NCBI GenBank assembly: GCA_964496695.1
Contig: CAZCBE010000004.1
Coordinates: 32,123-96,122 of the forward strand
Reading direction: 5' to 3'
Source: an uncultured Klebsiella sp.
GTDB lineage: Bacteria > Verrucomicrobiota > Verrucomicrobiia > Limisphaerales > SXTU01
Length of the DNA: 64,000 nucleotides
Below the pieces are notes generated by a model. It did no database searches, was not told the DNA's origin, and saw only the letters and a list, made by a program, of their open reading frames with translations. A program made the translations under genes and the position numbers. Shown here one piece after another: positions 46,749 through 55,846 of the stretch (position 1 is the first letter of the stretch; every line of letters begins with the position of its first letter).

Positions 46749-49088
46749 ATGTTCGTTGGTCTTTCGTTCGTTCACCACCGCGCGGCCTGGGTCGCGGCGG
46801 CATTGCTGGCTTTTGCAGTTTCGTCTCCCGCAGCCGCGCCGGACTTCAAGGGCACCGCCGTCTCGTTCATGAAGAAGCACTGCTTCGAGTGCCATGGTGA
46901 AAAGTCCACGAAAGCCGACCTGGACCTGACCAAATACAAGGACGAGGCGAACATCCTCAAGGAGCACAAGTTCTGGAAAAGCGTCCTGCATCAAGTCAAC
47001 ACCGGCGAGATGCCGCCCAAGAAGAAGCCGCAGCCCACGCCGCAGGAACTCACAGCCTTCAACAATGCCATCGAGAACGCCTTCACCGTGGCCGAGAAGA
47101 ACGCCAAGCCCGATCCCGGCCGCGTCACCATCCGCCGGCTCAACCGCACCGAATACAACAACACCGTCCGCGACCTCGTGAGCGTGGACTACAATGCCGC
47201 CGAGGATTTCCCGGCGGACGACATTGGCCACGGCTTCGACAACATCGGGGACGTGCTCTCCATCTCACCGGTGCATCTGGAGCGCTATCTCGCCGCGGCC
47301 GAGAGCGTCGCCCTGCGGGCCATCGTCCTGAAACCCGAGAAGGCGCCGGCCCGCACGCAGTCCAGCAAGTATCTGTCGCCGGGCGGCAATTTCACCGCGC
47401 GTTTCCGCCCCTTGGAGAAGGTGGACAAGCTTTACACTACGTTCGGCCTCACCATGCCGGGTGAGTTCAAGTTCAACGCCAAGGTTTACGGCCTCGCGGC
47501 CACGGGCAAGGACCCCGTCCGGATGATGATGATCGTGGATGGCAAGGAGCTGAAGGAGGTTGAGGTCGCGGGCTCGGACAAGTCGCCCCAGACCCACAGC
47601 GTCACGCTGCGCCTGCCGGTCGGCAATCATGACTTCGCCGTCAAATTCCTCAATCCTTCCGAGGCCGGTGAACTGCCGCGCACGCTCTTCGTCGAGTGGC
47701 TGCAGGTGGAAGGCCCGGCGGACACCCGGCCGGAGTTCCAGCAGGCCGTGCATGCGCGCTTCGCCACCACGGCGAAGGACAGCCGGACGCGCGAGTTCGC
47801 CAAATGGTTTGTCACCCGCGCCTTCCGTCGTCCCGCCACCCCGGCGGAACTGGACCGCTATGTGAAGGTGGCTGAGGCGGCGGAAGCCGCCACCGGGAAT
47901 TGGGACGGCGGTCTCCAGCAGATGGTGAAGATTGTCCTCTGCTCGCCCAAGTTCCTCTTTCGCGTCGAGCTGGATTCGCTGCCCCGGTATCCCGGCGCGC
48001 ATCCGATTGACGAACACCAGCTTGCCTCGCGCCTGAGCTACTTCCTCTGGAGCACGATGCCGGACGAGGAGTTGCTCACTCTCGCCGCCAAGAACCAGCT
48101 CACGCCCAACCTAGAGGCCCAGGTCCAGCGGATGTTGAAAGACCCGCGCGCCGAGTCGCTCACGACGAATTTCGCCATGCAATGGCTGCAGCTCCAGCGG
48201 CTCCAGACCTTCGCGCCGGACAGCAAGCTCTTCCCGGGCTTCGACGAGCGCCTGCGCCGGGCGATGTCCCGGGAGACGGAGTTGTTCTTCGGCGAGATTG
48301 TCCGCGAGAACCGGAGCGTGCTGGACTTGATTGACGCGGACTTTACCTATCTCAACGAGGCGCTGGCCAAGCACTACGGCATCGCCGACACCGCCGGGAA
48401 CCCGCTTTATCAGAAGAAGACGCAGGCTGCGGGGAAGGCCATCCCGCGCAACGAATTCGTTCGGGTCTCGTTGGCGGGCAAGGAACGCGGCGGCCTCCTC
48501 ACCCAGGCTGGCATCCTAACGGTCACCTCGAACCCCACGCGCACCTCGCCGGTGAAGCGGGGCAAGTGGGTGCTGGAACAAATCCTCGGCACCCCGCCGC
48601 CGCCGCCGCCGCCTGATGTGCCGGAACTGGAAAACCAGAAGAAGCTGACCGGCACGCTGCGCCAGCGCATGGAGCAGCATCGTGAAAACCCGAGCTGTGC
48701 CGGCTGCCACCGGCAGATGGACGCGCTGGGCTTCGCGTTCGAGAACTTCGACGCCATCGGCCGCTTCCGCGACAAGACCGATGAAGGGGCCATTGACCCT
48801 TCGGGCACACTGCCCGACGGCAAGTCATTCAAAGGCCCGGGCGAACTGAAGGCCATCCTCAAGGACAAGAAGGAACTCGTGGTCCGCAACCTTGCGGAGA
48901 AGCTCCTTACCTACGGCATCGGGCGTGGCCTGGAGTTCTACGACAACCGCTCGCTCAACCAGATCTGCGACCAGACCAGCGCCGCCGGCTACCGCTTCTC
49001 CGCCCTCATTACGGCCATCGTGAAGAGCGACCCCTTCCGCCTCCGCCGCGGCACCGAACTGGTGAAACAGCAGGAAGGATCGGAGTAG
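46749..49088 (+). CDS. secreted planctomycete-type cytochrome-c-domain (PSCyt) protein of the large DUF15xx family
   Basis: Signal peptide (MFVGLSFVHHRAAWVAAALLAFAVSSPAAA). Then FMKKHCFECHGEKSTKADLDLTKYKD (heme-binding CxxCH). A later CAGCHRQMDALGFAFENFDAIGRFRD block is typical of the ~780-aa PVC-group family usually annotated DUF1587/DUF1592/DUF1595/DUF1588/DUF1585. Confidence 0.75.
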   Translation: MFVGLSFVHHRAAWVAAALLAFAVSSPAAAPDFKGTAVSFMKKHCFECHGEKSTKADLDLTKYKDEANILKEHKFWKSVLHQVNTGEMPPKKKPQPTPQELTAFNNAIENAFTVAEKNAKPDPGRVTIRRLNRTEYNNTVRDLVSVDYNAAEDFPADDIGHGFDNIGDVLSISPVHLERYLAAAESVALRAIVLKPEKAPARTQSSKYLSPGGNFTARFRPLEKVDKLYTTFGLTMPGEFKFNAKVYGLAATGKDPVRMMMIVDGKELKEVEVAGSDKSPQTHSVTLRLPVGNHDFAVKFLNPSEAGELPRTLFVEWLQVEGPADTRPEFQQAVHARFATTAKDSRTREFAKWFVTRAFRRPATPAELDRYVKVAEAAEAATGNWDGGLQQMVKIVLCSPKFLFRVELDSLPRYPGAHPIDEHQLASRLSYFLWSTMPDEELLTLAAKNQLTPNLEAQVQRMLKDPRAESLTTNFAMQWLQLQRLQTFAPDSKLFPGFDERLRRAMSRETELFFGEIVRENRSVLDLIDADFTYLNEALAKHYGIADTAGNPLYQKKTQAAGKAIPRNEFVRVSLAGKERGGLLTQAGILTVTSNPTRTSPVKRGKWVLEQILGTPPPPPPPDVPELENQKKLTGTLRQRMEQHRENPSCAGCHRQMDALGFAFENFDAIGRFRDKTDEGAIDPSGTLPDGKSFKGPGELKAILKDKKELVVRNLAEKLLTYGIGRGLEFYDNRSLNQICDQTSAAGYRFSALITAIVKSDPFRLRRGTELVKQQEGSE

Positions 49089-49092
49089 CCCG

Positions 49093-49262
49093 CGAAACAC
49101 GCGAAAGACGCAGAAAGCGAAATCAGACAAATTGGGTCGGAGAGATTTTCGGCCATGTCCCCATTTTTCTGACCCTTGGCCGTTCTACCTGAGATACGGT
49201 GGCAACTCTTTGTCCGTCCCGAATCTTTGGGTCATTACTTTTCGCGTCATTTCGCGTGTTTA
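49093..49262. repeat. imperfect ~22-bp inverted repeat pair enclosing an AT-richer ~120-bp core (MITE-like or structured element)
   Basis: aaacacgcgaaagacgcagaaagcgaaa (49093-49120) vs tttcgcgtcatttcgcgtgttt (49238-49260, rc = aaacacgcgaaatgacgcgaaa). Confidence 0.4.
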
Positions 49263-49349
49263 GCGGGCACCTCCTCCACTTCCTGACTTCCCATCCCTCC
49301 GCTGCGCGGCTAACCATTCCGCGCTTGCAGCGAACTGACTGACGACACC

Positions 49350-50324
49350 ATGCCGGACTCCTCCCTGCCCACTATTTCAGTGGTGATGCCGAACTACAAT
49401 CACGGCAAATACCTTTCCACGTCGCTGCCCGCCATTCTCAACCAGTCCGTGCCCCCGCTGGAGATCATCATCATTGATGACTGCTCCACGGACAACAGTT
49501 GGGAGATCATCCAGGATTACGCGAAGAAATACCCGGTCATCAAGGCCATCAAGAACGAGAAGAACCTCGGCGTCATCGCCAACAGCAACAAGGGCGTGGC
49601 CTTGGCGAAAGGGGACTACCTGCATCTCGGCTCGGCGGACGATGAGATTTACCCCGGCCTGTTTGAGAAATCCCTGCGCCTGCTCCAGCAGCATCCCCAG
49701 GCGGCGTATTGCTGCACCATCGGCGACTGGCATGAACTCGCTTCCGGCTTCAACTGGCATGTCGCCGTCGGCATGGCGGACACGGCCTGCTACCTCTCGC
49801 CGGAGCGGATGGTCGAGCTGGAGCGGCAGAGCAAGTTCTTCATCGCCAGCCACACGACGGTCTTGAAGCGGGCGGCGTTTCTGGAGGTGGGTGGCTTTAT
49901 CCCGGAACTCAAGTGGCACACCGACTGGTTCGCGCTCTACGCTTCCGGATTCCGTCATGGCATCTGCTACGTGCCCGAGCCGCTCGCGCGCTTCAACATC
50001 TTCCAGACCTCCTACTACAAGTCCGGCCGACGAGACGAGACGGCGCACCGCGCGGTCCTGCAGGGGATGCTCGACCGGCTCGCCAGCCCGGAGTTCGCCA
50101 CCGAGGCGGAATACATCCGGCAGGGCGGCTCACTGTTCCAGTTCGCCGGTCCGATGCGCCAGCTCCTGCGGCAGGATGCGCGCTTCAAGAACTACCTGAC
50201 CTCGCTGCTGCTGCGCCGCAGCTACTGGCACAGCTTCAAGCTCGCCGTGAAAGACCACCTGCCCGTGTGGGCCGCGAACATTTACTTCCGGGTGGCGGGG
50301 TATCGGGCGCCGAAGGTGAAATGA
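49350..50324 (+). CDS. family-2 glycosyltransferase
   Basis: MPDSSLPTISVVMPNYNHGKYLSTSLPAILNQSVPPLEIIIIDDCSTDNS is the canonical GT-A/GT2 N-terminus with a DxD-type IIDD motif. Confidence 0.85.
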   Translation: MPDSSLPTISVVMPNYNHGKYLSTSLPAILNQSVPPLEIIIIDDCSTDNSWEIIQDYAKKYPVIKAIKNEKNLGVIANSNKGVALAKGDYLHLGSADDEIYPGLFEKSLRLLQQHPQAAYCCTIGDWHELASGFNWHVAVGMADTACYLSPERMVELERQSKFFIASHTTVLKRAAFLEVGGFIPELKWHTDWFALYASGFRHGICYVPEPLARFNIFQTSYYKSGRRDETAHRAVLQGMLDRLASPEFATEAEYIRQGGSLFQFAGPMRQLLRQDARFKNYLTSLLLRRSYWHSFKLAVKDHLPVWAANIYFRVAGYRAPKVK

Positions 50325-50375
50325 CGGGGCAGGTTATCGCTTGATTTGACGCAAAGGCGCGAAGACGCAAAGCGG

Positions 50376-51596
50376 CTAACGGAGGAGTGAGGGCGGCGGC
50401 TGGGGACGGGCTTGCGGGTCCGCGCGGAGGGCGAGCACCACGCGGTCCAGCTCGGCGGAGAAGCTGGTGGAGTTTGGCTGCCAGCCTTTGAAGTCGGCCG
50501 CGAGCCGCTCGCACAACTGCTGCCGCTTGCCACTTTGGTATTGGTTGCTGAAGAGGTGCCCGTCCAAATCCAACGGGAGCAGCAGGTTTATCTTCTCGTT
50601 GCGCTTTTGCATGAGTTTGCGCTCCTCGTCGAAGACCGTAGCGATTTCGTTGTCCACCCACCAACTGGTCAGTGAGGGCTGTGAGGCGCAGAGCAGGAAT
50701 TTGTCATATTGGCGGATGCCCCGGTCCACTCCGTGGTAGATGTCATCGCCGGGCAGCAACTGCTTCTCATCCAGCCAGCAGCGGATGCCACGCGCCTGCA
50801 ACTGATCGTGAAGCCACCGCGCAAAAGGCTTGTCCACATGGCTGTGGCTGATGAAGCAAGAGTAGTAGGTAAAAGGGTTCGTGGTGAGCTTGTTCGCAAT
50901 CGCGTAGGTGATGTCGGTGATCTGCCCGTTGGACATACCCGGTTGGCAAAGTCTCGCTGCTTCGATTTGCCAGTCGGACCAGCCGCAACCGCGAAGGAAG
51001 GGTCCATGCAATATGCCAGACCGCTCGACGGTGCGAAAATCGAGGACGCTGGGACCGATGTGATTACATTGATCCAGACCTCGTGTCTCAGTTAAATCCG
51101 TGTTTCCAAACACAGTTTCACTCAATACGGCGTTGTTGATGATTGTCCCCCTGAGCACAGTATTTGTGAGGTTAGCCCGATGAAGTTTAGCATCCGTCAG
51201 ATCTGACCCGCTGAGGTTAGCGTTATAGCAGTCGGCCCCTCCGAGATTTGCCCCAGTGAGGATAGCCGCTTGGAGTTCCACAGACGTTAGTCGTGCACAA
51301 AGCAGATTCGTGCCTTTGAGGTTTGCACGACGAAGCGATGATGCGACAAAACTGGCATCCTCAAGGTTCGCACCTTCAAGGTTCACATCGTCCAGCGACA
51401 TCCAATTGAAATCTATACCCACTAGGTTCGCACCACGCAGAGCTGCTCCTCGCAAGTCAGGTTTACTGCCCAGGGATTTCCACGCGTTCCAAGCTTCTGT
51501 TCCCCATCGGATAATTTTCAGATGTTCCTCGTTGGCATGACTTTGTCCTGAGTTCGTTATGCAGTCCCAGATTGTCCAGTCGCAACCGCAGGCCAA
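50376..51596 (-). CDS. pentapeptide-repeat / TIR-domain fusion protein
   Basis: The N-terminal ~200 aa are consecutive pentapeptide repeats (LRGANLVGIDFNWMSLDDVNLEGANLEDASFVASSLRRANLKGTNLLCARL...ANLSGSDLTDAKLHRANLTNTVLRG). The C-terminus is a TIR domain (YYSCFISHSHVDKPFARWLHDQLQARGIRCWLDEKQLLPGDDIYHGVDRGIRQYDKFLLCASQPSLTSWWVDNEIATVFDEE). The gene has lower GC than the flanks. Start is TTG at 51596 (no in-frame ATG before the repeats). Confidence 0.85.
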   Translation of the reverse strand: MACGCDWTIWDCITNSGQSHANEEHLKIIRWGTEAWNAWKSLGSKPDLRGAALRGANLVGIDFNWMSLDDVNLEGANLEDASFVASSLRRANLKGTNLLCARLTSVELQAAILTGANLGGADCYNANLSGSDLTDAKLHRANLTNTVLRGTIINNAVLSETVFGNTDLTETRGLDQCNHIGPSVLDFRTVERSGILHGPFLRGCGWSDWQIEAARLCQPGMSNGQITDITYAIANKLTTNPFTYYSCFISHSHVDKPFARWLHDQLQARGIRCWLDEKQLLPGDDIYHGVDRGIRQYDKFLLCASQPSLTSWWVDNEIATVFDEERKLMQKRNEKINLLLPLDLDGHLFSNQYQSGKRQQLCERLAADFKGWQPNSTSFSAELDRVVLALRADPQARPQPPPSLLR

Positions 51597-51690
51597 GCTT
51601 GATGCAGCGAGATTACAAATCCTTCCGTCCCAGACGAGGAAGTTTTGGGCCTACCTTGCTGTTGTCCTTTGCGTCTTCGCGTCCTTCGTT

Positions 51691-51717
51691 AGAAAACGCT
51701 GCGGCCTCACCGCAGCG
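51691..51717 (-). terminator. intrinsic (rho-independent) terminator after the protease-fusion gene
   Basis: cgctgcgg-cctcac-cgcagcg hairpin (51697-51717, includes the stop codon). On the minus-strand RNA it is followed by UUUUCU (complement of agaaaa 51691-51696). Confidence 0.6.
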
Positions 51718-53998
51718 ACCGCAGCAACTGCTCCACCCGGTCCAGATCAATGCCGCGTGGCCGATTCTCCAGCAGCCAGAGCAGGTCGAGGCGACCCCCT
51801 TCTTGATCCTCGTTTTGCAGGCGCAGGAGCGCGCGACCGATGCGGTCGCCGGGAGACTCGGGGGACAGGGCGACAATCAGTTCCTGATAGCGGAGCATCG
51901 CGGCGTGGTCGCTGGTCTGGCGGGCGGCGGACAGGAGATTGCGCAACATGCGGACGATGATCGCGCGCTTGGTGGCAGGCTGGAGATCCTCGTCGGTGAA
52001 CTGCGTGGAACGTGCCGGCGGGAGAATCGCCCCGCCGTCGAACACATCAATGAGCTGGCGCTCACCCTTCGTCGGCGTGTGCAGCACCATGAAGTGCCCC
52101 GGCACCGGCGCGCCGGTCACAGTTTCCAAGCCGATGCGCCGGGCCAGTTCGAGGAACACGACCGAGAGCGTGATGGGGATGCCCTCGCGGTCATCGAGCA
52201 CTTCATTGATGTAGCTGTTGGCCCGGTTCCCGTAGTCGCTGCGGCTGCCGTGGAATCCGTTCTCCTCAAACAGGAATTTCTTCAGGGCCTTGAGCTTCGC
52301 CTCGTCATCCGGCATGGCGGCGAGCTGACAGGTGATGTCCCGGGCCATGTCGTCGAGCTGGCGGCGGTAGGCGCCGAGATCGAGTTCCTCGTTGTCCAGC
52401 TTGGCGAGCAGCAGCGCCGCGTGGAAGAGGTCAATCTTGATTTCCGGCTGGTCCAGTTCACGCAGGATGGCGGCTTCGACCTCGCGCCGATGGACCGTGC
52501 GGGCGAGCTTGCGAAGCTGGCCCACTTCCTTCTCCAGCCGGTCCGCGCGCGCGATGAGCACGGCGCGGCTGGCGGCGGCATTGGTCTGAAGCGAGGCGAC
52601 GAGCCGTTCATCGGGCGTTGTGGTGAGGGATTCGATCTTCTGCAGAATGTCCTGCTCTAGCTTGGCCGTGGATTGAAGCGACGGGATGGTCTGGGCGACC
52701 TGGAAGTTTTTGAACGAAGCCTTCGTGTCGCGGAACTTGGCCAGGCCGACTTTACCGGTGCGCAGCTCCTTGTCGTCCGACTCGATGGTGAGCTGGTCGT
52801 TCACGTAGCACAGCAAGCGGTCCTTCTCGACGCGCACCTTGATCGTGTTCCACTCCCCCGGACGATAGTGCGGTGAGGGCACGGTCTTGATGATCGCCCA
52901 GGAATAGACCGTTGGGCCGTCGAAGCGCGTGAGGCGGAGCTGTCCGGCAGTGGGATAGAAGCCGTAATGCAGGTCGCCGCCATCGGCGGAGAAGATCAGG
53001 CCCGCCGCACCGCCTTCGCTCTCCAGCTTCACGGTCACCGCGATTTCGTAAGGGACCGCCGGCACGTCGCGCTGATTCAGGCAGAGCGCCCGGCCACCGA
53101 AGCCCTTGCCGGTGCCTTCGACCGAGATGCGTCCGGCCTTCTGCGTCCAGCGTGCGCCCAGGAGCGGCTGCCACTCGCGCGGGTTCAGGTTGCCGATGGT
53201 GAGCCAGCGCGCGATGGGCACGGGGTTGGGTTTGCCGAGGAGGGGCTTGAGCGCGTTGATGGGCATCGCGAAGCCGAGGTTCTCAGTCAGCGCGGACTTG
53301 AGGGTGAGCACTCCATGAACTCGGCCTTGCATGTCCAGCAAGGGGCCGCCGCTGTTGCCTGGCTCGATGGGGATGGCAAGCTGGATCATCTCATCAGCGA
53401 TCAGGTCACCGGCCTTCACCTCGCGGCGGGCGGAGACAACGCCGGAGACGACGCTGAAGTCGAGGCCGCGCGGATTGCCCATGGCGACGATGGCCGCGCC
53501 TTGCTCCAGCGAGTCGGAGTCGCCGAGGGGCAGGGCAGGGAGGTCCTTGGCCTCGATGCGGATGAGCGCGAGATCCGAGCGGCGGTTCCAGGCGTAAACT
53601 TCTGTCACGTCAAATTTCCTGCCGTCCGCGAACTGCACGGCGATTGGGCGCGCCTCGCCGATGACGTGGAGCGAAGTGGCGATCAGGCCGTCCGGAGCAA
53701 CGACGAACCCCGAGCCGGTGCCTTCCACGGAGCCATCGCGTCCGGTGAAGGTGACGGTGACGAGGGAGGGTTTTACGCGCGCCGCGATTTCCTTGACCGT
53801 AAAGGCGGGTGCGTTGGTCGCCACGGGCGTGGACTTCGCGGCGGGTTTGCTGCTCTTGGGCTGCTTGGTGAGCAGTGCGCCAGGCTTGTCCTGGGCCAGC
53901 AGGGCGCAGCTCAGCGAGAGTGCGGCGGCCGCGACGCCCGGGAAGCGCAGCCAGCGAAGTGGACCGGTGGGGCGAGGTCGGCGTGAGCAGTCAGTCAC
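51707..53998 (-). CDS. secreted multidomain protein: S1C (HtrA-like) trypsin-fold serine protease + DUF1080 (LamG-like) + transglutaminase-like/SirB1-type C-terminal domain
   Basis: GTG start with signal peptide (LRWLRFPGVAAAALSLSCALLAQ). Protease triad contexts SLHVIGEA (His), RSDLALIRI (Asp), GNSGGPLLD (Ser). Middle block (WNTIKVRVEKDRLLCYVNDQ...KFRDTKASFKNFQV) matches the DUF1080 gene at 4036. C-terminal block (GIPITLSVVFLELARRIGLETVTGAPVPGHFMV) resembles the transglutaminase-like/SirB1 family. Confidence 0.75.
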   Translation of the reverse strand: MTDCSRRPRPTGPLRWLRFPGVAAAALSLSCALLAQDKPGALLTKQPKSSKPAAKSTPVATNAPAFTVKEIAARVKPSLVTVTFTGRDGSVEGTGSGFVVAPDGLIATSLHVIGEARPIAVQFADGRKFDVTEVYAWNRRSDLALIRIEAKDLPALPLGDSDSLEQGAAIVAMGNPRGLDFSVVSGVVSARREVKAGDLIADEMIQLAIPIEPGNSGGPLLDMQGRVHGVLTLKSALTENLGFAMPINALKPLLGKPNPVPIARWLTIGNLNPREWQPLLGARWTQKAGRISVEGTGKGFGGRALCLNQRDVPAVPYEIAVTVKLESEGGAAGLIFSADGGDLHYGFYPTAGQLRLTRFDGPTVYSWAIIKTVPSPHYRPGEWNTIKVRVEKDRLLCYVNDQLTIESDDKELRTGKVGLAKFRDTKASFKNFQVAQTIPSLQSTAKLEQDILQKIESLTTTPDERLVASLQTNAAASRAVLIARADRLEKEVGQLRKLARTVHRREVEAAILRELDQPEIKIDLFHAALLLAKLDNEELDLGAYRRQLDDMARDITCQLAAMPDDEAKLKALKKFLFEENGFHGSRSDYGNRANSYINEVLDDREGIPITLSVVFLELARRIGLETVTGAPVPGHFMVLHTPTKGERQLIDVFDGGAILPPARSTQFTDEDLQPATKRAIIVRMLRNLLSAARQTSDHAAMLRYQELIVALSPESPGDRIGRALLRLQNEDQEGGRLDLLWLLENRPRGIDLDRVEQLLRSLR

Positions 53999-54007
53999 AG
54001 TGCTTGG

Positions 54008-54355
54008 ATGGCCGGGAAGATTGAAAATTCAGCGGGCAGTCCATATCTTGCGGGCGTGGCCTCGACCATTGAGCTGCCGGACGTCGTCCGTGAGGAAGAA
54101 ACGGAGTCGAAGGAGAACCTTGACCCCGGGTTCCTCGTGATTTGCTGGGATGATCCGGTGAACCTGATGGACTACGTCACGCATGCCTTCCAGTCCGTCT
54201 TTGGCTGGAAGAAGGAGAAGGCGGAGTATCACATGCTGCAGGTGCATCATCAGGGCAAGAGCGTGCTCACGCGTGAGACGATGGAGCGGGCGGAGTGCTA
54301 CGTGCATGAGCTGCAGAAATACCAGCTCCACGCCACGATGGAGCCCGCCGAGTGA
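54008..54355 (+). CDS. clpS: ATP-dependent Clp protease adaptor ClpS
   Basis: Core ClpS motif ICWDDPVNLMDYVTHAFQSVFGW...AEYHMLQVHHQGKSVLTRETMERAECYVHELQ. The N-terminal extension is likely partly untranslated. Confidence 0.8.
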   Translation: MAGKIENSAGSPYLAGVASTIELPDVVREEETESKENLDPGFLVICWDDPVNLMDYVTHAFQSVFGWKKEKAEYHMLQVHHQGKSVLTRETMERAECYVHELQKYQLHATMEPAE

Positions 54356-54897
54356 AACTCGTCGAGGCCAAGGACGGGCTGTTCGTGTTCCACCTGTCGC
54401 GCCGCGAGCGGGCGATGCTGACGCATGTGCTGCGGTTGTTTCCGGTGGGCAGCGGGCCGGTGGCACCACTCTCCATTAGCTCGGAAGTGGGGGCCTTGGC
54501 CGAGCACGAGCAGGCGCTGGGAGAGGCTTTGGCCGAGCAGCGCGTGGAGCACAAGCGACTGGTGGATGCGTTCCTCGGGGAGGACGGGCGTTTCGCGGCG
54601 GACAAGCAAGGCTACCGGCTCCGGCTGCCGGGGACACAGCTCGATTGGCTGCTGCGCGTGCTGAACGAAGTGCGCGTGGGCCTGTGGATCAAGCTGGGCC
54701 GCCCCAAGGATCTCGGTGTGGTGGCTCTGTCGGGTGAAATCGAAGCGATCGTGGCGATGGAACTGTGCTCGTTTTTTCAGATGCGCTTTCTTGCTGCGCT
54801 TGAAGTGAAAGAGCTAGTCCCGCGACGCAGGCCAGTCAAAAAGAAGCGGAAGGTGGGAGGGGATGACTCAGCGCCACAAGGTCAGAAAGCATCCTAA
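54352..54897 (+). CDS. hypothetical protein (181 aa), translationally coupled to clpS (ATGA overlap)
   Basis: ATG overlaps the clpS stop. No recognisable motif. Lys/Arg-rich C-terminal tail. Confidence 0.5.
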   Translation: MKLVEAKDGLFVFHLSRRERAMLTHVLRLFPVGSGPVAPLSISSEVGALAEHEQALGEALAEQRVEHKRLVDAFLGEDGRFAADKQGYRLRLPGTQLDWLLRVLNEVRVGLWIKLGRPKDLGVVALSGEIEAIVAMELCSFFQMRFLAALEVKELVPRRRPVKKKRKVGGDDSAPQGQKAS

Positions 54898-55361
54898 CGT
54901 CTAGCCGGCTTCACTTTCGTTTTCCGCAGCAGCCGCACGTCGCCGATGACCATCGTCTTGTCCACGGCCTTGCACATGTCGTAGATGGTGAGTGCGGCGA
55001 CGGTCACGGCGGTGAGGGCCTCCATTTCCACGCCGGTCTGCGCGGCAATCTTGGCCGAGGCGGTGATGACCACGCGGTCGCGGCTGGCGGGAATCACGAA
55101 GGCAACTTCGCAGTGCGTGATGGGGAGCGGATGGCAGAGGGGGATGAGTTCACCGGTCTTCTTTGCCGCCAGGATGCCGGCGAGGCGTGCGGTGGCGAGC
55201 ACGTTGCCCTTGGCGATGGCGTTCGACTCGATGAGCGCGAGCGTCTCGGGCTGCACGCGGATTTCACCGGTGGCGCCGGCCTCGCGCAGGAGCACGGGCT
55301 TGGCGGAGACGTCCACCATGCGGGCTTCGCCGGTGCGGGTGAGGTGGGAGAGGCGTTTCAT
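54894..55361 (-). CDS. moaC: cyclic pyranopterin monophosphate synthase accessory protein MoaC
   Basis: Full-length match to the MoaC pattern (LSHLTRTGEARMVDVSAKP...GNVLATARLAGILAAKKTGELIPLCHPLPIT...GVEMEALTAVTVAALTIYDMCKAV). Confidence 0.9.
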   Translation of the reverse strand: MKRLSHLTRTGEARMVDVSAKPVLLREAGATGEIRVQPETLALIESNAIAKGNVLATARLAGILAAKKTGELIPLCHPLPITHCEVAFVIPASRDRVVITASAKIAAQTGVEMEALTAVTVAALTIYDMCKAVDKTMVIGDVRLLRKTKVKPARR

Positions 55362-55846
55362 GGGTGCGGCTTAGGAACTGAGTTGGTGGGAGCAGAGACG
55401 CGGAGAATCCCGTAACTGATGTTCGTGCCTTGATTCGGCCAGGTAACGTCAAGTCCTCCGTCCGCGCGGGGCGTGAACTGGAGGGACTTCATGAGTTCGA
55501 GGTCAGTGGCGCGAGGAATGAAGATGGCCTCAAATCCAGCCGCATTGGTAGCTGGCTGGAAGGGATGGCGCTGAAGAAAGTCGCCCAGTTCATGTCCGTT
55601 TGTCGGCCAGCGCGATTCGGTTCGGTAAAAGTAACTGGTGCTGGTGCCGATTCGCACGGGAGCCAGGACGTCTGCAATAACTGCCTCGACTGTCGGCGCA
55701 TTGGTTTCACCTTTGCGTTGGAAGAAAGGCGCCAAAACTTCCCAAGTGGACTTCGGTGGAGGCCGCCTTCCAGAAGAACAAGCCGCGCCTGCAACCACCA
55801 GCAGGGCGAACAAAAGCAGCAGGCAAGATCTGAAGTTAGAGGTCAT
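55358..55846 (-). CDS. hypothetical lipoprotein
   Basis: ATG at 55846 gives MTSNFRSCLLLLFALLVVAGAACSS (lipobox AGAAC). Stop overlaps the moaC start (ATGA). Overlaps the panB 3' end by 11 nt. The upstream extension of the track ORF is discarded. Confidence 0.45.
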   Translation of the reverse strand: MTSNFRSCLLLLFALLVVAGAACSSGRRPPPKSTWEVLAPFFQRKGETNAPTVEAVIADVLAPVRIGTSTSYFYRTESRWPTNGHELGDFLQRHPFQPATNAAGFEAIFIPRATDLELMKSLQFTPRADGGLDVTWPNQGTNISYGILRVSAPTNSVPKPHP

